Of a stretch of DNA of 64,000 bases, positions 1 to 9,626 are shown piece after piece (the first letter of the stretch is position 1; each line of letters begins with the position of its first letter). Under the pieces are notes generated by a model. The model saw nothing but the letters and a program-made list of their open reading frames with translations, was not told where the DNA came from and searched no databases. The stretch spans positions 124,009-188,008 of the forward strand of contig CAVTQV010000005.1 in assembly GCA_963736915.1 (NCBI GenBank), read 5' to 3'. Position numbers and translations under genes: made by a program. The stretch comes from an uncultured Acidobacteriaceae bacterium (lineage in GTDB: Bacteria; Acidobacteriota; Terriglobia; Terriglobales; Acidobacteriaceae).

Positions 1-54
1 ACTCGCGGAGCGCGTTAAGGCGTGCTAATGTTCCTGCGTTGGAGGAGGTCTGCC

Positions 55-378
55 ATGATGCGCGTTTTTGCGCTGATTTCTCTTTTCACATTTGGTTCTG
101 TTTGCCTCGCCCAGAACCAGGCGGCTTGGGATGGGTTCGTTACCGACACGCACTGCGGAACAAATTGCCAGCGAACTTCCGATATGAAGCCGGACAAGGC
201 GTGCGTACGGCGGTGCGTGCGCAGAGGATCGAAATACGGGCTCTGGTACGGCAATCATGTTTATGAGCTAAAGCCGCAGGCGAAGGCGGCTAAATTCGCT
301 GCGGAGGATGTTCACGTAATCGGCACGATGACGAATGACAAGATTCTGATCCAATCGATTGCGCTGAAAAGCAAATAG
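55..378 (+). CDS. Secreted Cys-rich hypothetical protein
   Basis: GGAGGAGG RBS before ATG at 55; signal peptide; TDTHCG...CVRRCV..G.KYGL pattern. Confidence 0.75.
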   Translation: MMRVFALISLFTFGSVCLAQNQAAWDGFVTDTHCGTNCQRTSDMKPDKACVRRCVRRGSKYGLWYGNHVYELKPQAKAAKFAAEDVHVIGTMTNDKILIQSIALKSK

Positions 379-397
379 ACCCGCAGGCCCAAATAGA

Positions 398-429
398 ACT
401 GCAGGTCATTCGCTTCGCTCAGGATGACA
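398..429. repeat. REP-like palindromic repeat (…CGCTCAGGATGAC family)
   Basis: ACTGCAGGTCATTCGCTTCGCTCAGGATGACA; homologous to 16595 and 22809; between convergent genes. Confidence 0.75.
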
Positions 430-453
430 GAAGCATTGCCAGCGAGTGGAAAC

Positions 454-492
454 AGCAGATCGCTCCACTTTGCTTCGCTCCGCGGGAAAGAC
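454..492. repeat. Degenerate REP-like repeat (AGCAGATC.CTCCACT subfamily)
   Basis: First 16 nt match 56468 copy at 15/16. Confidence 0.55.
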
Positions 493-509
493 TCGCTGGC
501 TCGCTATCT

Positions 510-2756
510 TCACTGTGCCGGATGGGCCTTGCCTTCCTTCATCGCCTGATCGATGAGCGATTGCATCTTGCGGTCGGCTTCGCGGCTGGCTTCGCGCTGC
601 TGGATGCCGAGGAGCGCCTGCTGGCGGCCCAGCTCACCCTGCATCCGGCCGAGGTCGCCCTGCTTCGTTCCGAGCTCGTGCATTTTCTCTATCAGCGGCT
701 CCATCTGCTTGCGGATCTGCTCAGCCTGCTGGCGTATCTGCTTCTCCATGGCTTCGCGCTGGGGCTGCTGTGCCTTCCAGTCGGCGAGCGCCTTGTCGAA
801 ATTCGCACGCGCTTCTTTCTGCTCGGCTTCGAGTCGCGCCCGGTCTGCGTCGCTGAGCTTCTGGTCAAGCGCGAGTCTGGTTGTGCTGTCGGTGAAGCTC
901 TGAACTGCCTGGTTGAAGCCTTCCGGCATTTCGAAGTGGAAGTCAGGCATATCGAAATGGCCCTGCATCGCGCCGAGTTGACCCTGCATCGCTCCCAGCT
1001 CGCCTTGCAAGGCGCCGAGTTCGCCCTGTTGCGCGCCTAGCTTGCCTTGCTGCGCCCCGAGTTCGCCCTGCTGTTTACCTAGTTCTCCGACGCGCGCATA
1101 TGCATCCTGCGCCTGCTTCACGAGAGCGGGATCGTCGATGATGTAGGTCTTGCCGTCGCGCTCGAAAGAGGACCGCGCCGTTCTTGTGATCCTTGAGGCT
1201 GTAGCCGTTGAGCTCGCAGTCGTGGACCGTACCGTGGTTGTCTGGGCCACATATGGCGTAGTTGCGTCCGTCGAGCTCGATGAATTCGATTGTCGCCGGA
1301 CTGGAAAGCCAGGACGCGCGGCATGCTCACGGATCTTCATGTGCGTGCCATCGTGATTCGGGGTTCGACCATGGCCATAGGGGCCGATCGGGACGACGGC
1401 GGTCATGGGGCCGAGTGCGAGCACCGAAGGCATGCCATCGGGATCCGAACCATCGAAAACCTGGGTTTGACCATCGGGCGGCACAGCGTGAACCTGGACG
1501 TGAACGCCAGGCTGGACGCGGACAACGCCATCTTCCGATTGCCCGACTCCGGCGCCTTCACCAACGCCGATACCGATACCAGGTCCCGGAGCGAGTACGG
1601 CATCGGGCGCCGGTGGAGGAGGCAATGGAGGAGCGTCGGCTGGAGCAGATGGAGATTGCGGCGTGGCCGGAGGCCCGGCGGGCGCTTGCGGAGCGGCGAG
1701 AACGACCATCTGCGGCTGGACGATGTGGATGGAGGCCGCGGCTACGAGGGCGGCGGCGGCAAACAGCGCGGCGGCGGCGATGGCCTGACCGCGGCGCTTG
1801 CGGAATGCGCCTGTGAGCTCGGGGTCGGCGATGAGGCGGTCGATGCGTTCGCGGAGTCCGGCGGATTGCGCCATGGCCACCATGCCGGCGGGCGCCTGCT
1901 CGGCGACTGCGAAGCGAAGGAGCAGTTGCGCGTAGCTGAGGCCGTCGCCGCCGGAGGCGATGGCGGCACGATCGCAGATGGTCTCGCTGAGCCGGGAGAG
2001 CTGCGGGCGAAGCCACCAGGCGTGCGGGCTGATCCAGAAGAAGCAGTGATGCAGGGTTGCGGCGAGCTGCAGATAGAAGTCGCCTTCGCGGATGTGCTGC
2101 GCCTCGTGCGCGAGCGTGGTGCGCAGCGTGGCATCGTCCCACCCGACAGCCTCAAGCGGCAGCAGGATGCCATGGCCGACGGTGGCGGGAGAACGGAGAT
2201 CGACAGAGAGGCGGACGGGGAGGTCGGTTTCGGAGCTCGCGAAGGGCTGCGCGCGACGCCAGAGGCGTCCGGCAAGCGAAAGGCCGAGGAGCACACGAAG
2301 CAGTAGCAGCGCGGTGATGGCGAGATAGGCGGCAAAACCGATTTGCCACAGGGCAATGTGCCGGACGGCGTGTTGGACGGGCGCGGGCGGCCCTTGCAAC
2401 TCGCGTGGAACCGGCACGCTCAACGTAACGGCAGGCGCGAGGTCAGCCGGCGATGCGGGAGTTTGCTGGATGGCGGCGCTGGCCGGCGCGGTGACGACGT
2501 TTGCCTGGAAAGCAGAAGCAGGCGGCGGGCTGACGATGATCGTCTGCGGCGTAGCCCATAGCGGCGTAAACGAGAAGGACGGGATGTGCAGCGCGACGAG
2601 CGCGGGCATGGCAAGCGCGAGGATGAGGACGGCGGTCCAGGCGCGCTTGGCGATGCGCGCGTGCTGGACGCGGAGCAGCCGCAACACCACCGCAACGGCC
2701 AGAGCCAGGGCAAGAGAACGAACTGCCGACTCTCCGAGAACACTGACGATGCTCAT
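510..2756 (-). CDS. BlaR1/M56 family metallopeptidase with Pro-rich linker and C-terminal heptad-repeat coiled coil
   Basis: HEAQH zinc motif, W.SP.AWW, E..CD; downstream of BlaI; RBS GAAGGAG before ATG 2756; three compensating +1 indels at ~1167-1331. Confidence 0.9.
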   Translation of the reverse strand: MSIVSVLGESAVRSLALALAVAVVLRLLRVQHARIAKRAWTAVLILALAMPALVALHIPSFSFTPLWATPQTIIVSPPPASAFQANVVTAPASAAIQQTPASPADLAPAVTLSVPVPRELQGPPAPVQHAVRHIALWQIGFAAYLAITALLLLRVLLGLSLAGRLWRRAQPFASSETDLPVRLSVDLRSPATVGHGILLPLEAVGWDDATLRTTLAHEAQHIREGDFYLQLAATLHHCFFWISPHAWWLRPQLSRLSETICDRAAIASGGDGLSYAQLLLRFAVAEQAPAGMVAMAQSAGLRERIDRLIADPELTGAFRKRRGQAIAAAALFAAAALVAAASIHIVQPQMVVLAAPQAPAGPPATPQSPSAPADAPPLPPPPAPDAVLAPGPGIGIGVGEGAGVGQSEDGVVRVQPGVHVQVHAVPPDGQTQVFDGSDPDGMPSVLALGPMTAVVPIGPYGHGRTPNHDGTHMKIREHAARPGFPVRRQSNSSSSTDATTPYVAQTTTVRSTTASSTATASRITRTARSSFERDGKTYIIDDPALVKQAQDAYARVGELGKQQGELGAQQGKLGAQQGELGALQGELGAMQGQLGAMQGHFDMPDFHFEMPEGFNQAVQSFTDSTTRLALDQKLSDADRARLEAEQKEARANFDKALADWKAQQPQREAMEKQIRQQAEQIRKQMEPLIEKMHELGTKQGDLGRMQGELGRQQALLGIQQREASREADRKMQSLIDQAMKEGKAHPAQ
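958..1090 (-). repeat. 21-bp coding tandem repeat (GELGAQQ heptads)
   Basis: GELGKQQ GELGAQQ GKLGAQQ GELGALQ GELGAMQ GQLGAMQ in translation. Confidence 0.8.
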
Positions 2757-2837
2757 CTGAACTTCTCCTTCATTCTCCTTCACTCGATGCTGCTCACGGC
2801 GGAATCGCGTACTGCGATACACGTTCGGAGGGCGCTT

Positions 2838-3281
2838 CTACTTCGACTTCCCTGCCTTTGCGGTGGCGCGAGCGATCTTCGCGGCCAGGCGCTGCAATTC
2901 GTTTTCGCTGAGCACGTCGGCGCTGACCATGCCTACGAGGAGCGCTTCCACGGAACCGCCGCAGAAGCGATCGACAATGCGCTGCACGGCGCGGCCCGCG
3001 ACGGAGCGGCCGTCCTCGGCGGCGCGATAGAGATACGTGCGCTGCTCGACGGTGTGGGCGAGATAGCCCTTCTCTTCGAGCCGGCGCAGGACGGTGCGGA
3101 CGGTGGACTCCTTCAAGACGCGGCCCTCGGAATGAAGCCGCTCGCGGATTTGCTCGGCGGTGGCCTGGCGCTCCTGCCAGACCATACGCAGGATGGCCTG
3201 CTCGAGTTCGCCAAGGCCTGCGGGATCGTGGTCCTGAGTGTGTGGTTCCGGATTCGGAGGGGCGGAAGTGCTACTGTTCAT
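2838..3281 (-). CDS. BlaI/MecI/CopY family repressor
   Basis: LGELEQAILRMVW…STVRTVLRRLEEKGYL…IVDRFCGGSVEALL. Confidence 0.93.
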   Translation of the reverse strand: MNSSTSAPPNPEPHTQDHDPAGLGELEQAILRMVWQERQATAEQIRERLHSEGRVLKESTVRTVLRRLEEKGYLAHTVEQRTYLYRAAEDGRSVAGRAVQRIVDRFCGGSVEALLVGMVSADVLSENELQRLAAKIARATAKAGKSK

Positions 3282-3305
3282 AGTGCTACAGACTGTAGCA
3301 CTATG
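3279..3305. promoter_or_regulatory. BlaI-type operator palindrome
   Basis: CATAGTGCTACAG-A-CTGTAGCACTATG, 13-bp perfect arms with TACA/TGTA core, overlapping blaI ATG. Confidence 0.8.
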
Positions 3306-3405
3306 CCGAAGGTTAGCGCAAGGGGCGAAGAATTTTTCCCGACAGGGCGGCGCGACTACATGAACTGACAGCCGCGAAATCCAGAAACGTCGTCGTAAAT
3401 TCTAC

Positions 3406-3434
3406 TTGACATATTGTACTAGTATAATAGTACA
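3406..3434 (+). promoter_or_regulatory. Promoter -35 plus YtrA-type GntR operator
   Basis: TTGACA 3406-3411; TGTACTA-N6-TAGTACA 3415-3434, 12 bp before the GntR start. Confidence 0.8.
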
Positions 3435-3446
3435 TTAGTACCAGCC

Positions 3447-3860
3447 GTGACACCGCGCCTCTCATCCACACAGTTCCGCTTCACGCTTGATCTACGGAGC
3501 GGCGTGCCGGTGTACCGGCAGATCATCGACCAGGTGCGTGCGGGCATGGCCTCCGGTTCGCTGGTTGCCGGCGACCAGTTGCCCACGGTGCGTCAGTTAG
3601 CCGTGGACCTCGAGATCAACCCCAACACGGTGGCCCGCGCCTATCGCGAGCTGGAACTGGGCGGCCTGCTGGAAACACATCAGGGAACGGGCTCGTTCAT
3701 CAGTACACAGAAGATCAGACGTGCCGATGCGGAGCGCGAACGGCAGCTCTCGCAGGTTGTGGGCGATTGTGTCTCGCGCGCCGGAGCCATGGGTTACACG
3801 GTGGATGAAGTTATCGAGCAGTTGCGGAAAGCCGCTGCAGAGTCGAACCGCAGGAGGTAG
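3447..3860 (+). CDS. GntR family regulator, YtrA subfamily
   Basis: PVYRQIIDQ…GDQLPTVRQLA..L.INPNTVARAY..LE; short C-terminal domain. Confidence 0.93.
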   Translation: MTPRLSSTQFRFTLDLRSGVPVYRQIIDQVRAGMASGSLVAGDQLPTVRQLAVDLEINPNTVARAYRELELGGLLETHQGTGSFISTQKIRRADAERERQLSQVVGDCVSRAGAMGYTVDEVIEQLRKAAAESNRRR

Positions 3861-3864
3861 TGGA

Positions 3865-4737
3865 ATGATCAGAGTCGGCGTTGTACACAACAGAGTCGCA
3901 GCCGTGGCGTTCCTTGCATCGCTAGCTGCCGGTGGCGCGCTTACGGCGATCCTGCGTCATCCTGCGCCGCTCGTTATCGGGGCCGTCATCGGATGTTATC
4001 TCCTGTTCTCCATCAAAGTGATTCCGCCATGGGAGAAGGTTGCGCTGCTGCGGCTTGGCCGGTATGCCGGATTGCGCGGCCCGGGATTGTTCTTCATCGT
4101 GCCGGTGATCGAGGCCCTGAGCCCGCATATTGATCAGCGCGTACGCGTGGCGAGCGTCTCCGCTGAATCGACACTGACTCGTGACACAGTGCCAGTCAAT
4201 GTCGACGCGATCGTCTTCTGGCTGGTATGGAATGCCGAGAAATCCATTCTTGAAGTCGAGAACTTTCTCGAAGCGATCGTGATGAGCGCGCAGACGGCAC
4301 TGCGCGAGTCCATCGGCCGCCATGAGCTGGCGCAGATGATCACCGAACGCGAGACGCTGGGGCGCGAGCTGCAGCGCATTCTGGATGAAAAGACGAACCC
4401 TTGGGGGATAACGGTCCAGTCGGTGGAGATTCGCGATGTGCGCATCCCGCAGGCGCTGGAAGATGCGATGTCGCGGCAGGCGCAGGCCGAGCGCGAGCGG
4501 CAGGCGCGCATCATCCTGGGCCAGGCAGAGACCGACATATCCGCAAACTTCGTGAAGGCCGCCTCTGCCTATGCGGAGAACCCGATGGCACTGCACCTGC
4601 GCGCGATGAACATGCTCTACGAGGCAATCAAGGAAAAAGGATCGATGGTGGTTGTTCCCTCCTCAGCGGTGGAAACGATGGGCCTGGGTGGATCGTTGGC
4701 GACCGTCGCGATTGCCAAGCCAGGCGGACATGTGTGA
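3865..4737 (+). CDS. SPFH/stomatin-like (slipin) protein
   Basis: GPGLFFIVP…TLTRDTVPVNVDA…WGITVQSVEIRDV…AQAERERQA; RBS AGGAGG. Confidence 0.93.
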   Translation: MIRVGVVHNRVAAVAFLASLAAGGALTAILRHPAPLVIGAVIGCYLLFSIKVIPPWEKVALLRLGRYAGLRGPGLFFIVPVIEALSPHIDQRVRVASVSAESTLTRDTVPVNVDAIVFWLVWNAEKSILEVENFLEAIVMSAQTALRESIGRHELAQMITERETLGRELQRILDEKTNPWGITVQSVEIRDVRIPQALEDAMSRQAQAERERQARIILGQAETDISANFVKAASAYAENPMALHLRAMNMLYEAIKEKGSMVVVPSSAVETMGLGGSLATVAIAKPGGHV

Positions 4738-4753
4738 CGAAAGGAGCAGTGCT

Positions 4754-5227
4754 ATGCGAGCAAAGTGTGCGGCAATTGCAGCGATGCTAATGATGATCGC
4801 AGTGGCCGGTTTCGGCCAGGCACGGGTGAAAGTGATTGCCTTGAATGCAGGTAGTCCAGCAGCAAAGGCAGCCGCGAACAACTTAAGTGGAGTCTGGCAC
4901 GGCGAGTACCGGGATTTGCCGTGGGTCACCGTGACGCTTACGCAGGAGGGCGAAGCCTTCTCTGGGGCTATCCTTTTCTATCTGCACCGCAAAACGTCTG
5001 GGAACGCGGAAACGGCGACCGCCGGCACGCCGGAGCCTCTGCTCGACCCGCACTTCGATGGCAAGACGCTGACGTTCCGAGTAAGCACTCGCCACGCCGA
5101 TCCGCCGAAAACGCTTGACGATCCACCAATCGTGATGACCATGGAGATCATCGACCAAGATCATGCCCGGCTGATAAACAAAGAGGATCCGCATCTGACT
5201 GGGCTACTGACCCGGATGTGGCGCTAG
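4754..5227 (+). CDS. Secreted hypothetical protein
   Basis: AAGGAG RBS, signal peptide, co-oriented after SPFH gene. Confidence 0.7.
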   Translation: MRAKCAAIAAMLMMIAVAGFGQARVKVIALNAGSPAAKAAANNLSGVWHGEYRDLPWVTVTLTQEGEAFSGAILFYLHRKTSGNAETATAGTPEPLLDPHFDGKTLTFRVSTRHADPPKTLDDPPIVMTMEIIDQDHARLINKEDPHLTGLLTRMWR

Positions 5228-5271
5228 AGCAGACAGAAAAGGGGAGAGCTACGTGCACTCCCCTTTCGCGA

Positions 5272-6150
5272 TTACTTCTGCTTCGCGTCGGCTTCGATGG
5301 CCTTCCACTCGTTGGGTTCGAGGTGGAGGGACGCGGATGCGATGTTCTCTTCCAGGTGCTTCACCGAGGACGTGCCCGGGATCGGCAGCATGACCGGCGA
5401 GCGATGGAGCAGCCAGGCGAGCGAGAGCTGCGCGGTAGTGGCGCCGTGCTTTTTTGCCGCTGCGTCGAGCGGGCCGCCCGAGCGCGCGAGTTTGCCGGCT
5501 GCGACCGGGAACCATGGGATGAAGCCCAGCTTGTGATGCGTGCAGTAGTCGACGACGTCTTCGTGCTGGCGGTCGCCGAGGTTGTACTGATTCTGCACGC
5601 TGACGATCTCGATGAACTTGCGTACCTGATCGATCTCGTGCGGCTTTACTTCTGAAAGGCCGACGTGGAGGATCTTGCCCTGCTCCTGCAGCTTTTTGAT
5701 CGGCGCGAGCGATTCTTCCACCGGCACCTTGGGATCGATGCGATGAAGCTGCCAGAGGTCGATGCGCTCGAGCTTGAGGCGGCGGAGGCTCATCTCCACT
5801 TCCTGCTGCAGGTATTCCGGGCGGCCAAGAGGCTGCCATGCGCCGGGCCCGGTGCGTACCAGCCCGCCTTTGGTGGCGATGACGAGACCCTTCGGATAAG
5901 GATGGAGCGCTTCCGCGATGATCTCTTCGCTGACGTAGGGGCCGTAAGCATCGGCGGTGTCGATGAAGTTGACGCCGAGTTCGACTGCACGCTGGAGGAC
6001 ACGTTTCGCCTCCGCGCGGTCTTTGGGTTCGCCCCAGATGCCTTCACCTGTGAGGCGCATGGCGCCGAATCCGAGGCGGTGGACTTGCGTCTTGCCGCCG
6101 AGGGAGAAGGTGCCGCTGGATTGTGCGGAGATGGTGGGTGCGGTGCTCAT
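5272..6150 (-). CDS. Aldo/keto reductase
   Basis: LGFGAMRL, FIDTADAYG, IATKGG, IDLWQLHRID, IPGTSS. Confidence 0.95.
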   Translation of the reverse strand: MSTAPTISAQSSGTFSLGGKTQVHRLGFGAMRLTGEGIWGEPKDRAEAKRVLQRAVELGVNFIDTADAYGPYVSEEIIAEALHPYPKGLVIATKGGLVRTGPGAWQPLGRPEYLQQEVEMSLRRLKLERIDLWQLHRIDPKVPVEESLAPIKKLQEQGKILHVGLSEVKPHEIDQVRKFIEIVSVQNQYNLGDRQHEDVVDYCTHHKLGFIPWFPVAAGKLARSGGPLDAAAKKHGATTAQLSLAWLLHRSPVMLPIPGTSSVKHLEENIASASLHLEPNEWKAIEADAKQK

Positions 6151-6280
6151 ATCAAAATTCGATGCGGTCTAGCGAGGGAGGGTTCAATATCGGACGCGGG
6201 ACGTTACGGAACCATGAATCGCGGGGATGCGTAGTTGTGAGTATGCCCGGTTCGCAGGGCAAAAGGATGGGACAGAAGCA

Positions 6281-6688
6281 ATGACGACTCCGATGGCGAT
6301 ACCGCAGATGACAGCAGAGCAGCAGGCGACCTTCAACATCTACTATCCGAGCACGCAGCGGGATGAGCTGCTTGGCGTTCTGTTGGCAGTGTTGCTGGGC
6401 AGCTTCGGAGCGCATCACTTCTACCTGCGCCGCAACGGACTAGGAGTGCTGTACCTGGTGCTGTTCTGGACGGGGATTCCGGCGATCCTCGGGATTATCG
6501 AAGCATTCTTCATGCCCGGGCGGGTGCGGCTCTTCAATGCGGAGCAGGCCGCACTGCTTGCCCATTCGGTGGTGCAGGGAACGACGCTGCCTCCCGCGCC
6601 GGCCGCGATGGTGGCTTGCCCGGCTTGCGGAACGGTGCAGACGGCGGGCGCTCGGTACTGTGTGCATTGCGGGAAGGCGATGGGATGA
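6281..6688 (+). CDS. TM2 (NINE) domain protein with C-terminal zinc ribbon
   Basis: LLGSFGAHHFYL…LFWTGIP; CPACG…YCVHCG. Confidence 0.88.
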   Translation: MTTPMAIPQMTAEQQATFNIYYPSTQRDELLGVLLAVLLGSFGAHHFYLRRNGLGVLYLVLFWTGIPAILGIIEAFFMPGRVRLFNAEQAALLAHSVVQGTTLPPAPAAMVACPACGTVQTAGARYCVHCGKAMG

Positions 6689-6710
6689 GGAATTGCAGAG
6701 TCTTCTTCGC

Positions 6711-7130
6711 TCAGCTCCCATGCACCAGACTGAAGGCGAGAATCCCGAGCACGATCAAGCTGACGACGGTGTAGAGGAGGTCGCGTTCGCGGGCGAAGCC
6801 GATGATCGCGAAGATCACCCGCGCGATGGGCGTAGCGACGAGGACCAGCAGACCGAGCGCGATGATGCTGCCGCCGCTGCCGGTATGGAGCTGCTCAAGT
6901 ACGCCGGAGATGGAGCGGAAGGGCACGTTTGCCGAGGCGCTTGCTGCGTGCTTCGCGGGCGGATGAAACACGGTATAGTCGGGCACCGGCGATCCGGGAT
7001 GGCGCAGCACCAGCACACCGCCGATGGCGACGAGAACGGCGGCGAGAATGACACCGATACGCAGCAGCATGCCCATGGCGATTTCCATGCGCTGGTCTTC
7101 CTGGCGGGTTGGCGTATGTCCCATGGCCAT
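6711..7130 (-). CDS. DUF1634 family membrane protein
   Basis: LLRIGV…GLLVLVATPIARV…ERD; coupled to TauE/SafE gene. Confidence 0.85.
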   Translation of the reverse strand: MAMGHTPTRQEDQRMEIAMGMLLRIGVILAAVLVAIGGVLVLRHPGSPVPDYTVFHPPAKHAASASANVPFRSISGVLEQLHTGSGGSIIALGLLVLVATPIARVIFAIIGFARERDLLYTVVSLIVLGILAFSLVHGS

Positions 7131-7969
7131 CAGAATTTTCCCGTGAGGCTGGAGTAGATCATTTCCACGCCCAGCGCGACGATGACGAAGGCGAACACCT
7201 TCCGCAAGGTGGACACGCGAGCGCGAACGAGGATGCGCGAGCCGAGCAGCGAGCCGGTGAGCACGCCGAGCATCACGGGCATGGCGAGCGACGGCAGCAC
7301 GTATCCGCGACTGATATAAATTCCAGCGCTGGCAGCGGCAGTGACGCCGATCATGAAGTTGCTGGTGGTGGTGGAGACCTTGAAGGGCAGGCGCATGGCC
7401 TGATCCATAGCCAGTACTTTGACTGCACCGGAGCCGATACCGAGCAGTCCGGACAAGCCGCCGGCAAGAAACATGATGCCGAAGCCGGCAGGAACGCGCT
7501 GCGCGACATATGCCTGGAGCGCGCCGCCTTCGACCGGATAGGCGCCGGCAAGGCGCAGACGCTCGGCGAGGCCGTTGGGCTGCGGGGGAGGGGCATCCGC
7601 GTGCCGTCCGCGAAAACTGGCTATAGCCGAGTAGAGCAGCACCACGCCGAAGACAATGCCGATGGCCTTGGTGGAGACAATCGCCGTCAGATACGCGCCA
7701 ACCAGAGCGCCCAGCGTGGTCGCGATTTCAAGGAACATGCCGATGCGGACATTGGAGAAGCCTTCGCGGACGTAAGCGGCCGCCGCACCGGAGGAGGTGG
7801 CGATGACGGAAATCAGCGAGGCGCCGATGGCATAGCGCAGGTCCACGTGGAAGGCCAGCGCGAGCACAGGCACGACAACAACGCCGCCACCGAGTCCGGT
7901 GAGCGCGCCGAGCAGACCGGCGAGGAGCGATGTGCCGAGGATGGCCAGGGTGAAGGTGAGGATGGTCAT
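7130..7969 (-). CDS. TauE/SafE sulfite exporter family permease
   Basis: GALTGLGGG, GLLGIGSG, STTTSNFMIGVT. Confidence 0.92.
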   Translation of the reverse strand: MTILTFTLAILGTSLLAGLLGALTGLGGGVVVVPVLALAFHVDLRYAIGASLISVIATSSGAAAAYVREGFSNVRIGMFLEIATTLGALVGAYLTAIVSTKAIGIVFGVVLLYSAIASFRGRHADAPPPQPNGLAERLRLAGAYPVEGGALQAYVAQRVPAGFGIMFLAGGLSGLLGIGSGAVKVLAMDQAMRLPFKVSTTTSNFMIGVTAAASAGIYISRGYVLPSLAMPVMLGVLTGSLLGSRILVRARVSTLRKVFAFVIVALGVEMIYSSLTGKF

Positions 7970-8018
7970 TCGGGATGGTTCATTTCAATGCGACATCCAG
8001 AGATATCACAGAGCGACC

Positions 8019-9626
8019 TCAATTCACCTTTTCCTCGTGATAATCCTGCTCGGTATTGATCTCCCATAACGCGCTCTTGTCTGTGATGCCGGCGAGGATA
8101 TTGTCGACCGCGGTCATCGCCGTGAGCATGGAGTGGTCCTGGTTGTTGTATTTGTGCATGCCGTTGCGGCCGACGAGAAAGAGGTTTTCGAACGGGTCTA
8201 GCCACTCACGGACTTCTCCGAAGCGATCGTAAGTGCCGAAATATGCCGGATAGGTTTTGGGCACGCGAACTACGTGCCCATCGCGCACGTCGGCGGCGTC
8301 AATGATGCCGATCTTTGCCAGCTCACGGGTGGCGAAGCGGATGATCTCTTCATCCGGCATCCGCCAGAGATCGTCCGTCTGGTAGCAGAAATATTCGAGA
8401 CCGATCCAAACCTTGGATGGATCGGCGACCATGTGCGGACTCCAGTTGTTGAAGATCTGTAACCGTCCGAGGAGCACATCCGGCTCCTGCACGTAGATCC
8501 AGGTGTCCTTGAGCGGCGAGCCGTCCGGTTCGGTGACGAGCAGGCGATCGAGGAGCAGGCCGACGGTGATGAAGTCGCGGTACATGAGACCGTCTACGAC
8601 CTCGCGCACGTTCGCGGGCGCATCCTGATCGATTGCGCGCACCAGCTCTACGACTGGCATGGTGGAGAAGCAGTAGTCGGCGGCGAAGCGGCGGCGCTCG
8701 CCGTTCTTCTGTTGCGCTTCCACGGCAATGACGCGATGTGCGCCGTCGGTCTCGATGCGGTCCACGCGCCAGCCGGTCAGCACTTCCCCGCCCTGCTGGC
8801 GGATGAGATCGGCGACATGTTCCCAGAGCTGTCCGGGGCCGTGCATGGGGTAAAGGAACTGCTCGATGAGCGAGGTCTCGGTATGCTTCTGGGCGAGGTC
8901 GGCGCCCTTGGAACGCGGGGTGAAGGCCCGCTTCAGAAAATGTGTGACCGCGCGAGTAAGTGAAAGTCCCTTGATGCGTTGCGCGCCCCATTCGGCGCTG
9001 ATCTGGTCGCAACGCACACCCCACACTTTTTCCGTGTAGGACTTGAAGAACGTGAGATAGAGCTGGCGACCAAACCGGTTGATGAGGAAGTCTTCGAGGC
9101 TTTTTTCCGGACGGCGCTGATGGAGACGCGACTTGATGTAACTGAGGCCGACCCGCGCGGTGCGGGCGAGTCCGAGCTTGCTGAGCGTATCGGCGGTGAG
9201 CGTGATGGGGTAATCGAAAAAGCGGCGCAGGAAGTAGATGCGGCTACGGCGGGAACGCACGAGCATGACAAGCTCAGGATCGGCATCCGGCCGAGTATGC
9301 GCATGAAGCGTCCTCAACGAGCGATGGCGGTTCTGATACGAAATGACGGCATGCCCGGCGCCTTCGTCCGCGATGGGCATCAAGTCGAGCCACCATTGCA
9401 TGACGCGGTCCGACTTCGAAAAGAAGCGGTGGCCGCCGATGTCCATGCGGTTGCCCTTGTAGCGGATGGTGCGCGAGATACCGCCGATGGAGTCGTCCGC
9501 TTCAAGGACAATGGGGCGGATGCCTGGTGCGCCGTCCGGTGTCTTGCCGGACCGGCGCAGCAGTTCGAGCGCAGCGGTAAGGCCGGCGGGGCCTGCGCCG
9601 ATGATGACGGCAGTGCGCTGGGTCAT
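8019..9626 (-). CDS. NAD(P)/FAD-dependent oxidoreductase (HemY/UDP-galactopyranose mutase-like)
   Basis: [37 protein letters not shown]. Confidence 0.88.
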   Translation of the reverse strand: MTQRTAVIIGAGPAGLTAALELLRRSGKTPDGAPGIRPIVLEADDSIGGISRTIRYKGNRMDIGGHRFFSKSDRVMQWWLDLMPIADEGAGHAVISYQNRHRSLRTLHAHTRPDADPELVMLVRSRRSRIYFLRRFFDYPITLTADTLSKLGLARTARVGLSYIKSRLHQRRPEKSLEDFLINRFGRQLYLTFFKSYTEKVWGVRCDQISAEWGAQRIKGLSLTRAVTHFLKRAFTPRSKGADLAQKHTETSLIEQFLYPMHGPGQLWEHVADLIRQQGGEVLTGWRVDRIETDGAHRVIAVEAQQKNGERRRFAADYCFSTMPVVELVRAIDQDAPANVREVVDGLMYRDFITVGLLLDRLLVTEPDGSPLKDTWIYVQEPDVLLGRLQIFNNWSPHMVADPSKVWIGLEYFCYQTDDLWRMPDEEIIRFATRELAKIGIIDAADVRDGHVVRVPKTYPAYFGTYDRFGEVREWLDPFENLFLVGRNGMHKYNNQDHSMLTAMTAVDNILAGITDKSALWEINTEQDYHEEKVN

